A stretch of DNA of 64,000 nucleotides from NCBI GenBank assembly GCA_963770835.1, contig CAVYRH010000026.1, positions 1 to 64,000 of the forward strand. Direction: 5' to 3'. The position numbers and the translations under genes are program-made. Below are positions 52,007 through 61,318 of the stretch, in pieces. This stretch comes from an uncultured Pseudomonadota bacterium (GTDB lineage: Bacteria > Oederibacteriota > Muellerivitia > Muellerivitales > Muellerivitaceae). Numbering within the stretch: position 1 is the stretch's first letter; the number at the start of each line of letters is the position of its first letter. Below the pieces are notes generated by a model. That model searched no databases. It was not told the origin of the DNA and saw only the letters and a program-made list of their open reading frames with translations.

Positions 52007-53092
52007 ATGAAATACATAAAAAATTGGAAAATTCTGATTTCTATTATTTTTCTATTAAAAACCGGAGTTGTTTTAGCCGATACGAGTGTCCAACCGGTGA
52101 CTGAAACGGCTTTTAACCTTTTAATGCCTCCGGATAATCCAAGCGCTTTTTTTCTGGGAAAACAAATGACGACGGTGGACCAGCCAGGGCTTCCGGCCGA
52201 TTTGCAAACTTCATTAACAACCGCGGTGAATAGCTTTGGGACTCAAGATTATTCAGTTCAATTCGCACCTGTTTGGCTTTTTTGGGGTCCCGATATAAAG
52301 CGGGATGATTTCTTGAGCAATGATCCGCTCAAAACTATTCCACAATCTTTTAAAGTTTCTTTCTCCGAGGGTATTGACGCAAAGGCAAATTCTGAAACAG
52401 CTTTGGCGGCCAGTTTCACATTCTCACTCTCTAGAGGTGAACAAACGAATATTGGTGATGTTCAAAAGAGTTTAAATGACGGGCCGGCGTCCATATCCGC
52501 CCAGGAATCCAACGAAGAAGGTGCCTTGCAACCACCGGGAGACGTTGTTCAAGGTGGACCGGCTTCCATTACGGCATGGATGCAGGCGCAGCAAAAAGCG
52601 ATTGAGGCTAAGTACACGGCCGCATTGGCCTCCTTTCAACCAGTTCCTTTTCAACGATATGGCTGGGTTTTAGATTGCAACTTTGGCGGTTCTTGGGATG
52701 TGCCGGACACTCAAAGTTTAACCCTTCGTAATTTCGGCGGCTGGTTAAATGGTGGTTATGAAACATCGGGTAAATTGATTAGTATTTTAGGTGTCGTAAA
52801 AAGAATCAATGATAACCAAACGTCATCGAACAATACCTTTGATGCGGGCCTAAGGTTAATTTTTCAACCTTCCAATCAATGGGCTGTTTCGGGAGAATAC
52901 GTTGATAGCTTTTTGAATCAGTCCAGTTCCACCCCAAAATTGCGATACGACCTGAATTTGGCCTATTTGACCAGTGACAATAAAACAATCTCTTTAACAG
53001 TGGGTAGCGATCAAAACAACATACAGGGAAACTTAATAACTTTGTTAAACATTGCCGCCGCATTCGGTACAGATCGGCCAATCACCAAGTGA
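52007..53092 (+). CDS. Secreted, possibly outer-membrane beta-barrel, hypothetical protein
   Basis: Signal peptide ending VLA and alternating beta-strand pattern in the C-terminal half. Confidence 0.7.
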   Translation: MKYIKNWKILISIIFLLKTGVVLADTSVQPVTETAFNLLMPPDNPSAFFLGKQMTTVDQPGLPADLQTSLTTAVNSFGTQDYSVQFAPVWLFWGPDIKRDDFLSNDPLKTIPQSFKVSFSEGIDAKANSETALAASFTFSLSRGEQTNIGDVQKSLNDGPASISAQESNEEGALQPPGDVVQGGPASITAWMQAQQKAIEAKYTAALASFQPVPFQRYGWVLDCNFGGSWDVPDTQSLTLRNFGGWLNGGYETSGKLISILGVVKRINDNQTSSNNTFDAGLRLIFQPSNQWAVSGEYVDSFLNQSSSTPKLRYDLNLAYLTSDNKTISLTVGSDQNNIQGNLITLLNIAAAFGTDRPITK

Positions 53093-53160
53093 AATCGCCT
53101 GGTGAATAAAAAATCACATCAATAATCCTTAAAATCATTATTTTCCTCGGAGGTATAAAA

Positions 53161-53544
53161 ATGTTGGATCCTCATTTAAGAAAAATCGCAATGCATGTTG
53201 CCGCGCAGGAAAAAATTAAATTCGCCCCTTCCGCTTTCCGAAACCTTGACGAATACGATAAAAAATGGAAGGACTATGTCCAAAAAAAACTCAAAAAAGA
53301 CTGGGACCGTCCGTTGATCCATGCCACCCTGCTCGATGCAGCCATTAAAATAGGCGTTAAAAAGAAAGTGGGCGTCATTGGAGGTGAAATTGCGCAAGCG
53401 GCCATCAGGTTCACCCATCCAAAGGGACAAATGAATGAATGCTTTAATTCGGGATTGAAAATCATGCGAAACTTCTCCACCGCTAAAACCAGTAAATTGC
53501 ATCCCGATTTCACTTCCTATGTGGAGAAATCCCATGGCGCCTAA
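53161..53544 (+). CDS. Small basic helical hypothetical protein
   Basis: GGAGG SD, Lys-rich, overlaps the next gene. Confidence 0.7.
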   Translation: MLDPHLRKIAMHVAAQEKIKFAPSAFRNLDEYDKKWKDYVQKKLKKDWDRPLIHATLLDAAIKIGVKKKVGVIGGEIAQAAIRFTHPKGQMNECFNSGLKIMRNFSTAKTSKLHPDFTSYVEKSHGA

Positions 53545-54355
53545 AAAACCTGGTTCCGCCACCCCCAAACCAAAAAAAATTCCGCCTGTTGGGGCAAAGG
53601 CTTTCATTCCCGTACAATCCAGCCCCCAGGGCGGGGATGATCCTCCCAAGCCCACAAACCCGGAAAGCCCTTCGCAAGAGACCGATGATGTAAGCAAATC
53701 TTTGGATATTGCTGAAACGGAAGTGAAGAGGGCCTCTGAAAACGGGCTTTTTACTACGGATAACACCTACGAAAACGAGATCGATAAAGCCCTTTCGGAA
53801 GCAAAAGAAGCCATCAAAAAAAAGGATACCGTTGAGGCCGATGCCTCAATTTATAAAGCCGGCAGGCTCCTCGATCAGGCCTGGAACAAGACCGATTTTT
53901 GGTGGCGATTCGTTAATGAATACGGTGGAATCCACCATCTCTTCACGGTCATCGGCATCCTTCTCGTGATGATCCTTTACGGCTACACCTCCGATTGTTG
54001 GCCCGACGCCATCAATAAAAACGCCTTTCTTTTCGGCATGATGGGCGCGGTGGTCCGTTGCTTTTACTGGATTACCTACCAAGCCAATATCAGGCGTTTG
54101 CAGAGGGTATGGGCCGTCCAAAACATTGTCGGGCCCCTGCTGGGCGCCATATTGGGGTGCATTACCTATTGCCTCCTGGATTCAGCCCTGATTCAAGGAT
54201 CTAACGCCAAGGGCAGCACCACGATGAACCCTTCCGGGATAGCCGTATTGGAATTCTACGCGGGTTTCAATTGGGAATGGGTCCTTGGCCTGTTGAAGAC
54301 CGTGTCCAGCAAGTTTGGGGATAAGGGCTCCACCGCGAAAAGTTCAGGAAAGTGA
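53534..54355 (+). CDS. Hypothetical 4-TM membrane protein
   Basis: G.MGAVV, GPLLGAILG and FYAGF TM motifs after a helical N-terminal domain. Confidence 0.72.
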   Translation: MAPKKPGSATPKPKKIPPVGAKAFIPVQSSPQGGDDPPKPTNPESPSQETDDVSKSLDIAETEVKRASENGLFTTDNTYENEIDKALSEAKEAIKKKDTVEADASIYKAGRLLDQAWNKTDFWWRFVNEYGGIHHLFTVIGILLVMILYGYTSDCWPDAINKNAFLFGMMGAVVRCFYWITYQANIRRLQRVWAVQNIVGPLLGAILGCITYCLLDSALIQGSNAKGSTTMNPSGIAVLEFYAGFNWEWVLGLLKTVSSKFGDKGSTAKSSGK

Positions 54356-54705
54356 AAGCGAAATAAAAAAAGGGCCTGGCCCCTATTTGATAGTTAGAAA
54401 TATGGGGATTGTCTTCTGGTCCGGGCGGCCGTCACGGGCTTCTCATCCTCCACCTCAAAAGCTGGACAATCCCAATCAAATCCAACAAAAATCTGAGATT
54501 GGCCACGTAGCTCCGCTCGTAGGGGAAAAGACCCTTACGTTACCCCATTCAAAACCAAACCCTACGGCAACCGCCCCGATTGGGGCGCCTCCTCGCAATG
54601 ACAGCGGTTATTACGACGTGGTTCTAGGAACTTCCCAACCGATCGGCGATCCCGTAAAGGGTGCTCACCAGCAGGTCCCTGGTGCCACTTTATGTACCGG
54701 CTTGT

Positions 54706-54936
54706 TTACCCTCTCTCGCCTTTAAGATAAACATCCCGGATAAAGCCACCCTTTTTTAGCCTCTTCTGGACCGCCGTTTTCATGTCCCAAACCTCAACAT
54801 CCGATTTTCTCCAGGTTTGAAGGGGAATGGACTTGGCGATCATGATGGAAAGGGAAGAGCCCTGGGTGTTCTTGACAACGCCCATCACCTGCATTTTTTT
54901 GTGGAAAACCTGGGTGCCGGCCTTAAAGCGGTTCAT
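54706..54936 (-). CDS. Small hypothetical protein, intact copy of a duplicated gene
   Basis: 76 aa MNRFKAGTQVFHKK..., duplicated at 55918-56067. Confidence 0.55.
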   Translation of the reverse strand: MNRFKAGTQVFHKKMQVMGVVKNTQGSSLSIMIAKSIPLQTWRKSDVEVWDMKTAVQKRLKKGGFIRDVYLKGERG

Positions 54937-55001
54937 AGGTTCACTTTATACTTCAGGCCATGGCCGATTTTGAAGGGGTCTTTTTCTTTGCGGGGCGGCC
55001 G
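54764..55001. repeat. About 238-bp direct repeat, copy 1
   Basis: Near-identical to 55895-56132 (offset 1131). Confidence 0.92.
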
Positions 55002-55093
55002 GAGCGGGGTTTCTTCATTCGGGGCTTCTCGAGCAGATCCTTCAAACCACATTCCAACCTATCGGCGATCCCGCAAAGGGTGCTCTTCCTCAT

Positions 55094-55477
55094 TCATTTG
55101 TTTATCTCTTTTCTCGCTTTAAGAGATTTCTTCAAGGCATCCTCGATTTCAGTCGCGTTTTCCAAACGATCCTTAACATTGTCGCTAACCTCGTGTCCCA
55201 ACACTTGTTTTGCCACCGGTTGGACAGCTTTTATAAATTCCTGCCATTGTGGATCGGATGACCGGAGGTCTTGGGCAATAGCCCTGTCTACGGCTTGCCT
55301 GACGTAACTGGAAAACTCCGCCCCCAATTTCGCTATCGCCTCCAGCCAATATTGCTTTTGACGGGCATCAACCCGGAAGCGCAAAACCTCGTCTTTGGCT
55401 CCCCTGTGTTTTCTTAACACCTTGAAGGAAGTGACTTTTATTCGGCTGGTTTTATGGGTTTCATGAACGGTTGTCAT
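55094..55477 (-). CDS. RHH-like DNA-binding protein
   Basis: KDEVLRFRVD...K..W...FSSYVRQAV. Confidence 0.65.
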   Translation of the reverse strand: MTTVHETHKTSRIKVTSFKVLRKHRGAKDEVLRFRVDARQKQYWLEAIAKLGAEFSSYVRQAVDRAIAQDLRSSDPQWQEFIKAVQPVAKQVLGHEVSDNVKDRLENATEIEDALKKSLKARKEINK

Positions 55478-55516
55478 AGATCCCCCTTGTTTAGCCATAG
55501 TGTACCCACGTTGTGG

Positions 55517-55840
55517 CTACAAGTCAAGATCGGTCGGTTTTTCACTAGCCAGGTAAAACTTGTCAATCACACAGGTTTCGGCCCAAACGATATATTTGGC
55601 CCTTGCTAGGATTTGTCCATTTTCGCTTTTGACCCAAAAAGTCAAGCTTTGTAAATCCAGCCTCGGGTTTGAAAAGTATTTTTGATCGGGCGGATAAACC
55701 GTTAATTTGGATTTCAAACGCTCATAAACATCATTCAAGATTTTTTTATTCGGGTCCTTGAAAGTTATTTTGACTTTCTTTTCAACCGATTCAATTTCGA
55801 TAACCTTCCAAAGTTTAATATCTTCAGGCCGCAAGTCCAT
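55517..55840 (-). CDS. Hypothetical protein
   Basis: 107-aa low-GC ORF. Confidence 0.55.
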   Translation of the reverse strand: MDLRPEDIKLWKVIEIESVEKKVKITFKDPNKKILNDVYERLKSKLTVYPPDQKYFSNPRLDLQSLTFWVKSENGQILARAKYIVWAETCVIDKFYLASEKPTDLDL

Positions 55841-55894
55841 GGATGCCCCAATCCGGCAAGATCAAAAGCACCTCAAGCATACTGTTTACTATTT

Positions 55895-56132
55895 TTCTGG
55901 ACCGCCGTTTTCATGTCTCAAACTTCGACATCCGATTTTCTCCAGGTTTGAAGGGGAATGGACTTGGCGATCATGATGGAAAGAGAAGAGCCCTGGGTGT
56001 TCTTGACGACGCCCATCACCTGCATTTTTTTGTGGAAAACCTGGGTGCCGGCCTTAAAGCGGTTCATAAGTTCACTTTATACTTCAGGCCATGGCTGATT
56101 TTGAAGGGATCTTTTTCTTTGCCGGGCGGCCG
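55895..56132. repeat. About 238-bp direct repeat, copy 2
   Basis: Near-identical to 54764-55001. Confidence 0.92.
55918..56067 (-). pseudogene. Truncated copy of the 54706-54936 gene
   Basis: Same peptide up to ...SDVEV, then TGG changed to TGA. Confidence 0.6.
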
Positions 56133-56166
56133 CCGCGGGGGTTCTTCAGCGGAACTTAGAGACCCA

Positions 56167-56730
56167 TTACAACATCCTCATCACCTTATACGACAAAACC
56201 GCCAAGTGCAGGCCGATTTCATAAACCGAGTAAAGGATCCAAAGAACCCCGGTGAAATTCATGAAAACGTCCTGGAACGGGTTCACGGGCGGGTATTCAA
56301 AACCCAAGGGCCTTTTTTTCAGGAAAGACCAGCCGATTAAAAAATCCAACACCCAGCTTCCAAGGCCTTGAAGTTCACCCTTGAGTAAGGTTTGGGAGAA
56401 GGACCAGCTTTTCAACACGGCCAAGATCTGGAGCTGGTTGAGGTTCCAAAGGTCGAAGGTGTCCAAAATAGCGTCGGTCATATTCCATAAAGCAAAGATC
56501 AAAAGCAGGGTTTGGGCGCCCTTCCGGTAGGAGGGGTCGGTAAAACCATAAAGAATCATCGCCAGGGTCACCACCGCGGGAAGGATATTCACGGGGAACA
56601 AATACAAGGGGGTATAGACCGCGGGATGGAAGGGATGGATTTTCTCGAAGAGGTGGAAAAAGGCCAGGCCAAAGCCCCAGGATAAAACGACCGCGAAGGG
56701 AAGGGGCTTTCTCAAGGAATCGCTGTTCAT
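56167..56730 (-). CDS. Hypothetical membrane protein
   Basis: AGGAG SD, 4-5 hydrophobic segments. Confidence 0.65.
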   Translation of the reverse strand: MNSDSLRKPLPFAVVLSWGFGLAFFHLFEKIHPFHPAVYTPLYLFPVNILPAVVTLAMILYGFTDPSYRKGAQTLLLIFALWNMTDAILDTFDLWNLNQLQILAVLKSWSFSQTLLKGELQGLGSWVLDFLIGWSFLKKRPLGFEYPPVNPFQDVFMNFTGVLWILYSVYEIGLHLAVLSYKVMRML

Positions 56731-56833
56731 AGATAACTCCTGTCTTATATGGATAGATTAGGCAAAACCCAACGGAACATTTATTGTAAACTAAAGCATC
56801 TGGCCGTTGTTGAATTCATATCAAGGAGACCTT

Positions 56834-58690
56834 ATGCCGCCCAAGACCGCCTGGCTCTTTCCTGAAATCAACCTCCCCCAATACATTAAAAAATATCCCT
56901 TCGTTTTTTTCTTCAGCTTCCTCAGCGCCTTCTCGCTGGCCCTGGGAACGGTGGCCCATATATTCCTGGGGCAAAATGTAGCCATTCCCGTACCCGGATC
57001 GGCCACCCTGATCCTCTGTATCCAGTTGGGCATTCCGCTTTTCGCGTTGTTGCACCTGCTGCTGGAAATGCCCCGCCCGAAATGGCTCAAGACCCCCGCG
57101 GTCGCGCATGCCCTGGGCTTCGTGGCCCTTTACCTGTGCTTCAACTATTTTCTTAACCGGGAATACCTGGACACCTCCGCGGCCTATGAGCATCTTTACC
57201 TGCTGCTGGTGGGCACCGCCCTTTGCCTGCCCCTATTGAAAATGACGGATTCCCCCCGCCGGCAATGGGCCTACCTGTCCAAGCTGCTTTTCGGCTTGTC
57301 GGGCGCCATCCTCCTCACCTTGGCCGTCAGCTTTTTCCTGCAAAAGATCCTGGCCCATATTCCCTGGCGTTATATTTCCTATTTCCTGACGGATGATTCC
57401 TATGGTAGTGACCTGGGCAACGGCATGGTCCGCGCCCTCGTTTTTCCCTGGTACCTGATCGGAGCCGTCCACCAGGCCCTGAACAGCGGCGAGGAAGGGG
57501 GGGAAGAGGGGCTGGCGATCGGGCCCAACGTCCTTTATGGGGCCATGTTCCTGGTCCTGGCCGGCTACTTCGTGGATGGGTTGATGGCGGCCAATGACAT
57601 GGCCTCCCTCTCCCTGGAATCGGACGAGTTTCTCTACGGCATTTTTACCACCTGCGTCCTGGCTTACGGCTCCTTCCTGCTCATGATTCCCGTAAGGTTG
57701 AAGGAGGACCAGGGCTGGATCACCCAGTACCAAAGAATCATTTCGGCGGTTTCCCTGCCCATCCTCTTTTTCGCGGGCTGGGTCCTGGTCAAGGGCGCCA
57801 ATTTCGGGGAAATGGCGGACTACTATTTCCTCTACGCGCTGGCCTGGTTCGTCTTTGCCTTCGCCTATTCTTTTTTCAAACCCAAGGCCGGGATGGCCTG
57901 GCCCGCCTTTTTATTGCTGGCGCTCATGGCCCTTTCCTGGGAAGGCCCCTTGGGCGTGAGGGAGCTCTCCTTTCAGCACCACCGCGCCAGCCTGGGCCGG
58001 GAATTGGCCGGGGACGGGATGCTTCAAAACGGCAAGGTGGTCAAGCCCCAGGGCCCGCTCGACGCCAAAAAATACGAAGAACTGGAAATCGACTTGACCG
58101 CCATCGCCGCCAATTTCGGCCTCGACCGCCTTCAGGCTTGGTTCACCCAGGACCTCTCCGGTTTTGGGAAGATGGAAGCCTCCAACGGTAACGGCATTTA
58201 CGGCGGCGTTTCCCGCAATGGGCCCCAGGACGCGCAAATGCTGCTTCAGATGATCGGCGTCCAGCAATGCGACACGGTGGTCCCCACCAATGAACCCAAG
58301 GAGTTTACGGCGAAAGGGGGGGGAGTTCTCAACGTGGCCGGCTATGACCAGCTCCAGCGTTTTTATTTATCGGCCACCTGCCCCGTCCTGACCCCGAGAA
58401 ACCGGGATAAATACCTCGTGAGCCTTTCGGGCCAAAACGAACTGTTGATGGTGCAATACAACGGGAATTACGTGGCGGATATTCCCCTGCAAAAAATCGA
58501 GCAGGTCCTCAAGGCGCATGATTACAGCGAGGTTTTCCAGATGGGCATCCCCCAAGAGGAAATGTCGGTGGAATTCGAGAACCCCAAGGTCAATGCGAAG
58601 GTTTACTTTGAGAATGTGCAAGCCTTCAAGACCGGCAACAACTATAAGGTTTCAGGCGGCAGCGCGGTCTTATTGATCAAACAAAAATAA
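56834..58690 (+). CDS. DUF4153-like multi-pass membrane protein
   Basis: About 11 TMs, then GP.GV..LS..H....L..L...GML.NGK and a soluble C-terminal domain. Confidence 0.65.
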   Translation: MPPKTAWLFPEINLPQYIKKYPFVFFFSFLSAFSLALGTVAHIFLGQNVAIPVPGSATLILCIQLGIPLFALLHLLLEMPRPKWLKTPAVAHALGFVALYLCFNYFLNREYLDTSAAYEHLYLLLVGTALCLPLLKMTDSPRRQWAYLSKLLFGLSGAILLTLAVSFFLQKILAHIPWRYISYFLTDDSYGSDLGNGMVRALVFPWYLIGAVHQALNSGEEGGEEGLAIGPNVLYGAMFLVLAGYFVDGLMAANDMASLSLESDEFLYGIFTTCVLAYGSFLLMIPVRLKEDQGWITQYQRIISAVSLPILFFAGWVLVKGANFGEMADYYFLYALAWFVFAFAYSFFKPKAGMAWPAFLLLALMALSWEGPLGVRELSFQHHRASLGRELAGDGMLQNGKVVKPQGPLDAKKYEELEIDLTAIAANFGLDRLQAWFTQDLSGFGKMEASNGNGIYGGVSRNGPQDAQMLLQMIGVQQCDTVVPTNEPKEFTAKGGGVLNVAGYDQLQRFYLSATCPVLTPRNRDKYLVSLSGQNELLMVQYNGNYVADIPLQKIEQVLKAHDYSEVFQMGIPQEEMSVEFENPKVNAKVYFENVQAFKTGNNYKVSGGSAVLLIKQK

Positions 58691-58764
58691 TATTAAGGCC
58701 GCCACCTTTCACGGGGCTTCTCCAGCAGAACATAGAGCCCCTTCCCAACCAAAAGGAGGGAATC

Positions 58765-59028
58765 ATGGAAACCTCGCTTAAAACGACCCTGCGATTGGAC
58801 AAGGAACTGCTCCGGCTGGCCAAAAAATACGCCCTAGAACAGGATGAAACGCTGGGGCAGGTGATCGAAGAGTCCCTGGGGTTTTTCCTCAAGCAAAAGG
58901 GAATGTCGGAAAAGACCAGTTCAAAGAACTTCTACCGTTGGGCCGAGGCCCTTTCGAAGAAGAAGGGCTTTTCGCACCTCAAGGAGGCCGACGTGGTCCG
59001 CCTGATCGGGGAAAGCCGCAGTCTTTGA
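58765..59028 (+). CDS. Orphan RHH antitoxin-like protein
   Basis: KTTLRLD..LL..AK.YA, C-terminal EADVVRLI.E.R similar to the 45373 antitoxin. Confidence 0.72.
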   Translation: METSLKTTLRLDKELLRLAKKYALEQDETLGQVIEESLGFFLKQKGMSEKTSSKNFYRWAEALSKKKGFSHLKEADVVRLIGESRSL

Positions 59029-59274
59029 TTCGGGCCGCCGCGGCAACCTAAAGCGGTCAAAAAACTGCAGTTTCTGGAATGATTTGGATGGCCATGCCGA
59101 CCTTCCATAAAGCGGTTAAAGAGGTCGGTAGAGTACCGATTTCCTTAACTCCTATATGGAAAATCGACACACCTCGGCCCATAAACCGGGCTTCCTCGCC
59201 ATGACATCCAACGAATGCATCACCCTCATCCCTTTTTATTCATTAACTCCAGTAAAGTTGTCCCATAAAGAAGG

Positions 59275-60231
59275 ATGAGCCTTACGCTGGAGATGGAAAG
59301 GGCACCGATGTCCGACGAAAAATGGATCCAAAAGGCCCTTGAGCGGGCGAAGGAAAGGGAGACCCTGGCGGGGGATGGGGCCAACGAGTGTTACCGCCTG
59401 GTGGACCGGGACACGGCGGATGTCGTGGTGGACCGCTATGGGCCCTGCCTTTGGGTTTCGTGGCTGCGGCCCCATCCGCCAACCGGGGGGGACCTGTCGG
59501 CCCTCGGGAAACTGGCCCAGAGGGCGGGCTGCGGGCATTGGCTGGTGAACGCGATGGTCAACCGCGGAAAGGACCCCGGGCTCGCCCGGCGCTGGCAGAG
59601 CCCCTCTTTCCCGGGCCGGTGGCAGGCCCGGGAGGGCCCCCTGAATTTCCACTTGCGCGCCGACACGGGCTTATCGCCCGGCCTTTTCCTGGACCAGCGG
59701 GCGAACCGGCGGCGCCTGCTGGGCCAATCCAGCGGCGCGCGGGTGTTGAACCTTTTCGCCTATACCTGCTCCTTCAGCGTGGCCGCCGCCATGGGGGGAG
59801 CCTCCGCTGTCACCAGCGTGGACGTGAGCGCGCGCTTCCTGGATTGGGGCAAGGAGAACTTCGCCTTAAACGGCCTTTCCACCACGGGCCATGTCTTCAC
59901 CCGGGCCGACGCCCGGGATTACCTGGCCCTCGCCCGCAAGCGGGGCTGGCTTTTCAACACCATCGTCCTGGATCCGCCGAGCTTTTCGAGGTCGAAAGGG
60001 AAGCCCTTTTCCGCCCGCAGCGGGCTTATCCCCATGGCCAAAAACTGCGTGGACCTGCTGGTTCCCGGCGGCGAAGCGCTGGTTTGCACCAATCTTTCCA
60101 CCTGGCCTATGGAAGATTTGCGGCGGGAACTGAAGGAGGCCACGGGCTGTAACCCGTGCCCCGGCGAGAGCGATTCCGACATAACGGACGGCGCGAACGC
60201 GGCCAAGACCTTTTGGCTCAGGAAAGGGTGA
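59275..60231 (+). CDS. RlmI/RlmK-like SAM-dependent methyltransferase
   Basis: VVDRYG, GLFLDQR.NR, VLNLFAYTCSFSVAAA.GGA, LDPPSF. Confidence 0.9.
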   Translation: MSLTLEMERAPMSDEKWIQKALERAKERETLAGDGANECYRLVDRDTADVVVDRYGPCLWVSWLRPHPPTGGDLSALGKLAQRAGCGHWLVNAMVNRGKDPGLARRWQSPSFPGRWQAREGPLNFHLRADTGLSPGLFLDQRANRRRLLGQSSGARVLNLFAYTCSFSVAAAMGGASAVTSVDVSARFLDWGKENFALNGLSTTGHVFTRADARDYLALARKRGWLFNTIVLDPPSFSRSKGKPFSARSGLIPMAKNCVDLLVPGGEALVCTNLSTWPMEDLRRELKEATGCNPCPGESDSDITDGANAAKTFWLRKG

Positions 60232-60367
60232 AAAGCAGTCGACGGTCGACAGTTCGCAGTCGGCTGTAAGGAAACGAAGGGGCCCGTAGAGTTTGGGGTA
60301 GCGATTTTTCGACAATCTTGACTATCCACACGATAGTCCTACAATGTAGGATATCAAGAAAGGTTGG

Positions 60368-60718
60368 GTGATGGAACAGCATCATTTCATTCAGTCACCC
60401 ATCTACTCGAGACTAATCGACGCCATTCGTGAGGAGGGGCTGCAAACCGCGATTGAAGAAGCCATCAACAACAACCCAAATGGCGGGAAGCTTTTAGGGC
60501 GCGGCATTCATAAGTTGCGCGTTGCCTCGACCAAAAGGCCGGAAGGGAAAAGCGGTGGTTACCGGGTTTGGTACTTTTTTGATGAGCCCGATGATATTTA
60601 TCTCTTTTTCATCATTGATAAACGAAAAGCTCCGGATCTGACGGTTGAACAAGAAAAGATCCTAGTCCAGGATTTACGGCAGGCTTTAGGAAAAGGGAAA
60701 ACAGGAGGGAAGAAATGA
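60368..60718 (+). CDS. RelE/HigB family toxin
   Basis: NP..G...G.GI.KLR, GKSGGYRVWY. Confidence 0.88.
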   Translation: MMEQHHFIQSPIYSRLIDAIREEGLQTAIEEAINNNPNGGKLLGRGIHKLRVASTKRPEGKSGGYRVWYFFDEPDDIYLFFIIDKRKAPDLTVEQEKILVQDLRQALGKGKTGGKK

Positions 60719-61014
60719 ACGATAAAGATTTTAAACTGATGCGAGAGAGTCTTAAACAATCGATTGAAATTAAAAAAGGCAAAAAACTCCGGGGAATGCG
60801 GGAAAGCCACCGCCCAAAACCAGCGACCGCTGACGAAGTAAAAGATGTCCGTAAGGCTTTGCATTTAACCCAGGCCGGATTTGCAGGGGTTGTGGGGGCA
60901 AGCCCTAATGCCGTTGAGCATTGGGAGCAGGGTATCCGCCGGCCAAGTGGTTCCGCATCAAAGCTCATTCGAATTCTAAAATCCCATCCTGAATTGGTTT
61001 CAGAAATAGGCTAG
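60715..61014 (+). CDS. HigA-type XRE antitoxin
   Basis: VRKALHLTQAGFA...VEHWEQG.RRPSG. Toxin-first gene order. Confidence 0.88.
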   Translation: MNDKDFKLMRESLKQSIEIKKGKKLRGMRESHRPKPATADEVKDVRKALHLTQAGFAGVVGASPNAVEHWEQGIRRPSGSASKLIRILKSHPELVSEIG

Positions 61015-61102
61015 GGTCCTGCCCACGACGGGGAGGTAGAGTGACCCATCAAAAAAGTCTCATTGGCTGGTAAAATACGATAGCCTATCGTATAATTCAG
61101 CC

Positions 61103-61318
61103 ATGAAAGTCACCGCGCTCTTACCCGATCAACTTATCCAAGAGGTTCAAGGTTTCGCCAAAGGCAAAAACCTCACGGAATCGCTCGTCAAGGCGTTGTC
61201 GGAATGGAATCAGCAACAAAAAATTAGGGGTTTAAAACAGTCGGTTCATTCGCATCCTCTCCGTTTCTCCAAAGCATTTACCGCCCACCGCGTTAGAGCC
61301 CGTAACCGCAAATCATGA
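61103..61318 (+). CDS. VapB-like antitoxin
   Basis: MKVTALLPD.LI.EV...KNLTESL..AL.EW. ATGA overlap with the PIN gene. Confidence 0.8.
   Translation: MKVTALLPDQLIQEVQGFAKGKNLTESLVKALSEWNQQQKIRGLKQSVHSHPLRFSKAFTAHRVRARNRKS

Noticed and set aside
54764..56132. Diversity-generating retroelement TR/VR pair or TGA recoding
   Set aside because: The differences are ordinary transitions in both directions rather than adenine-specific, no reverse transcriptase is present, and TGA is a normal stop in other genes.
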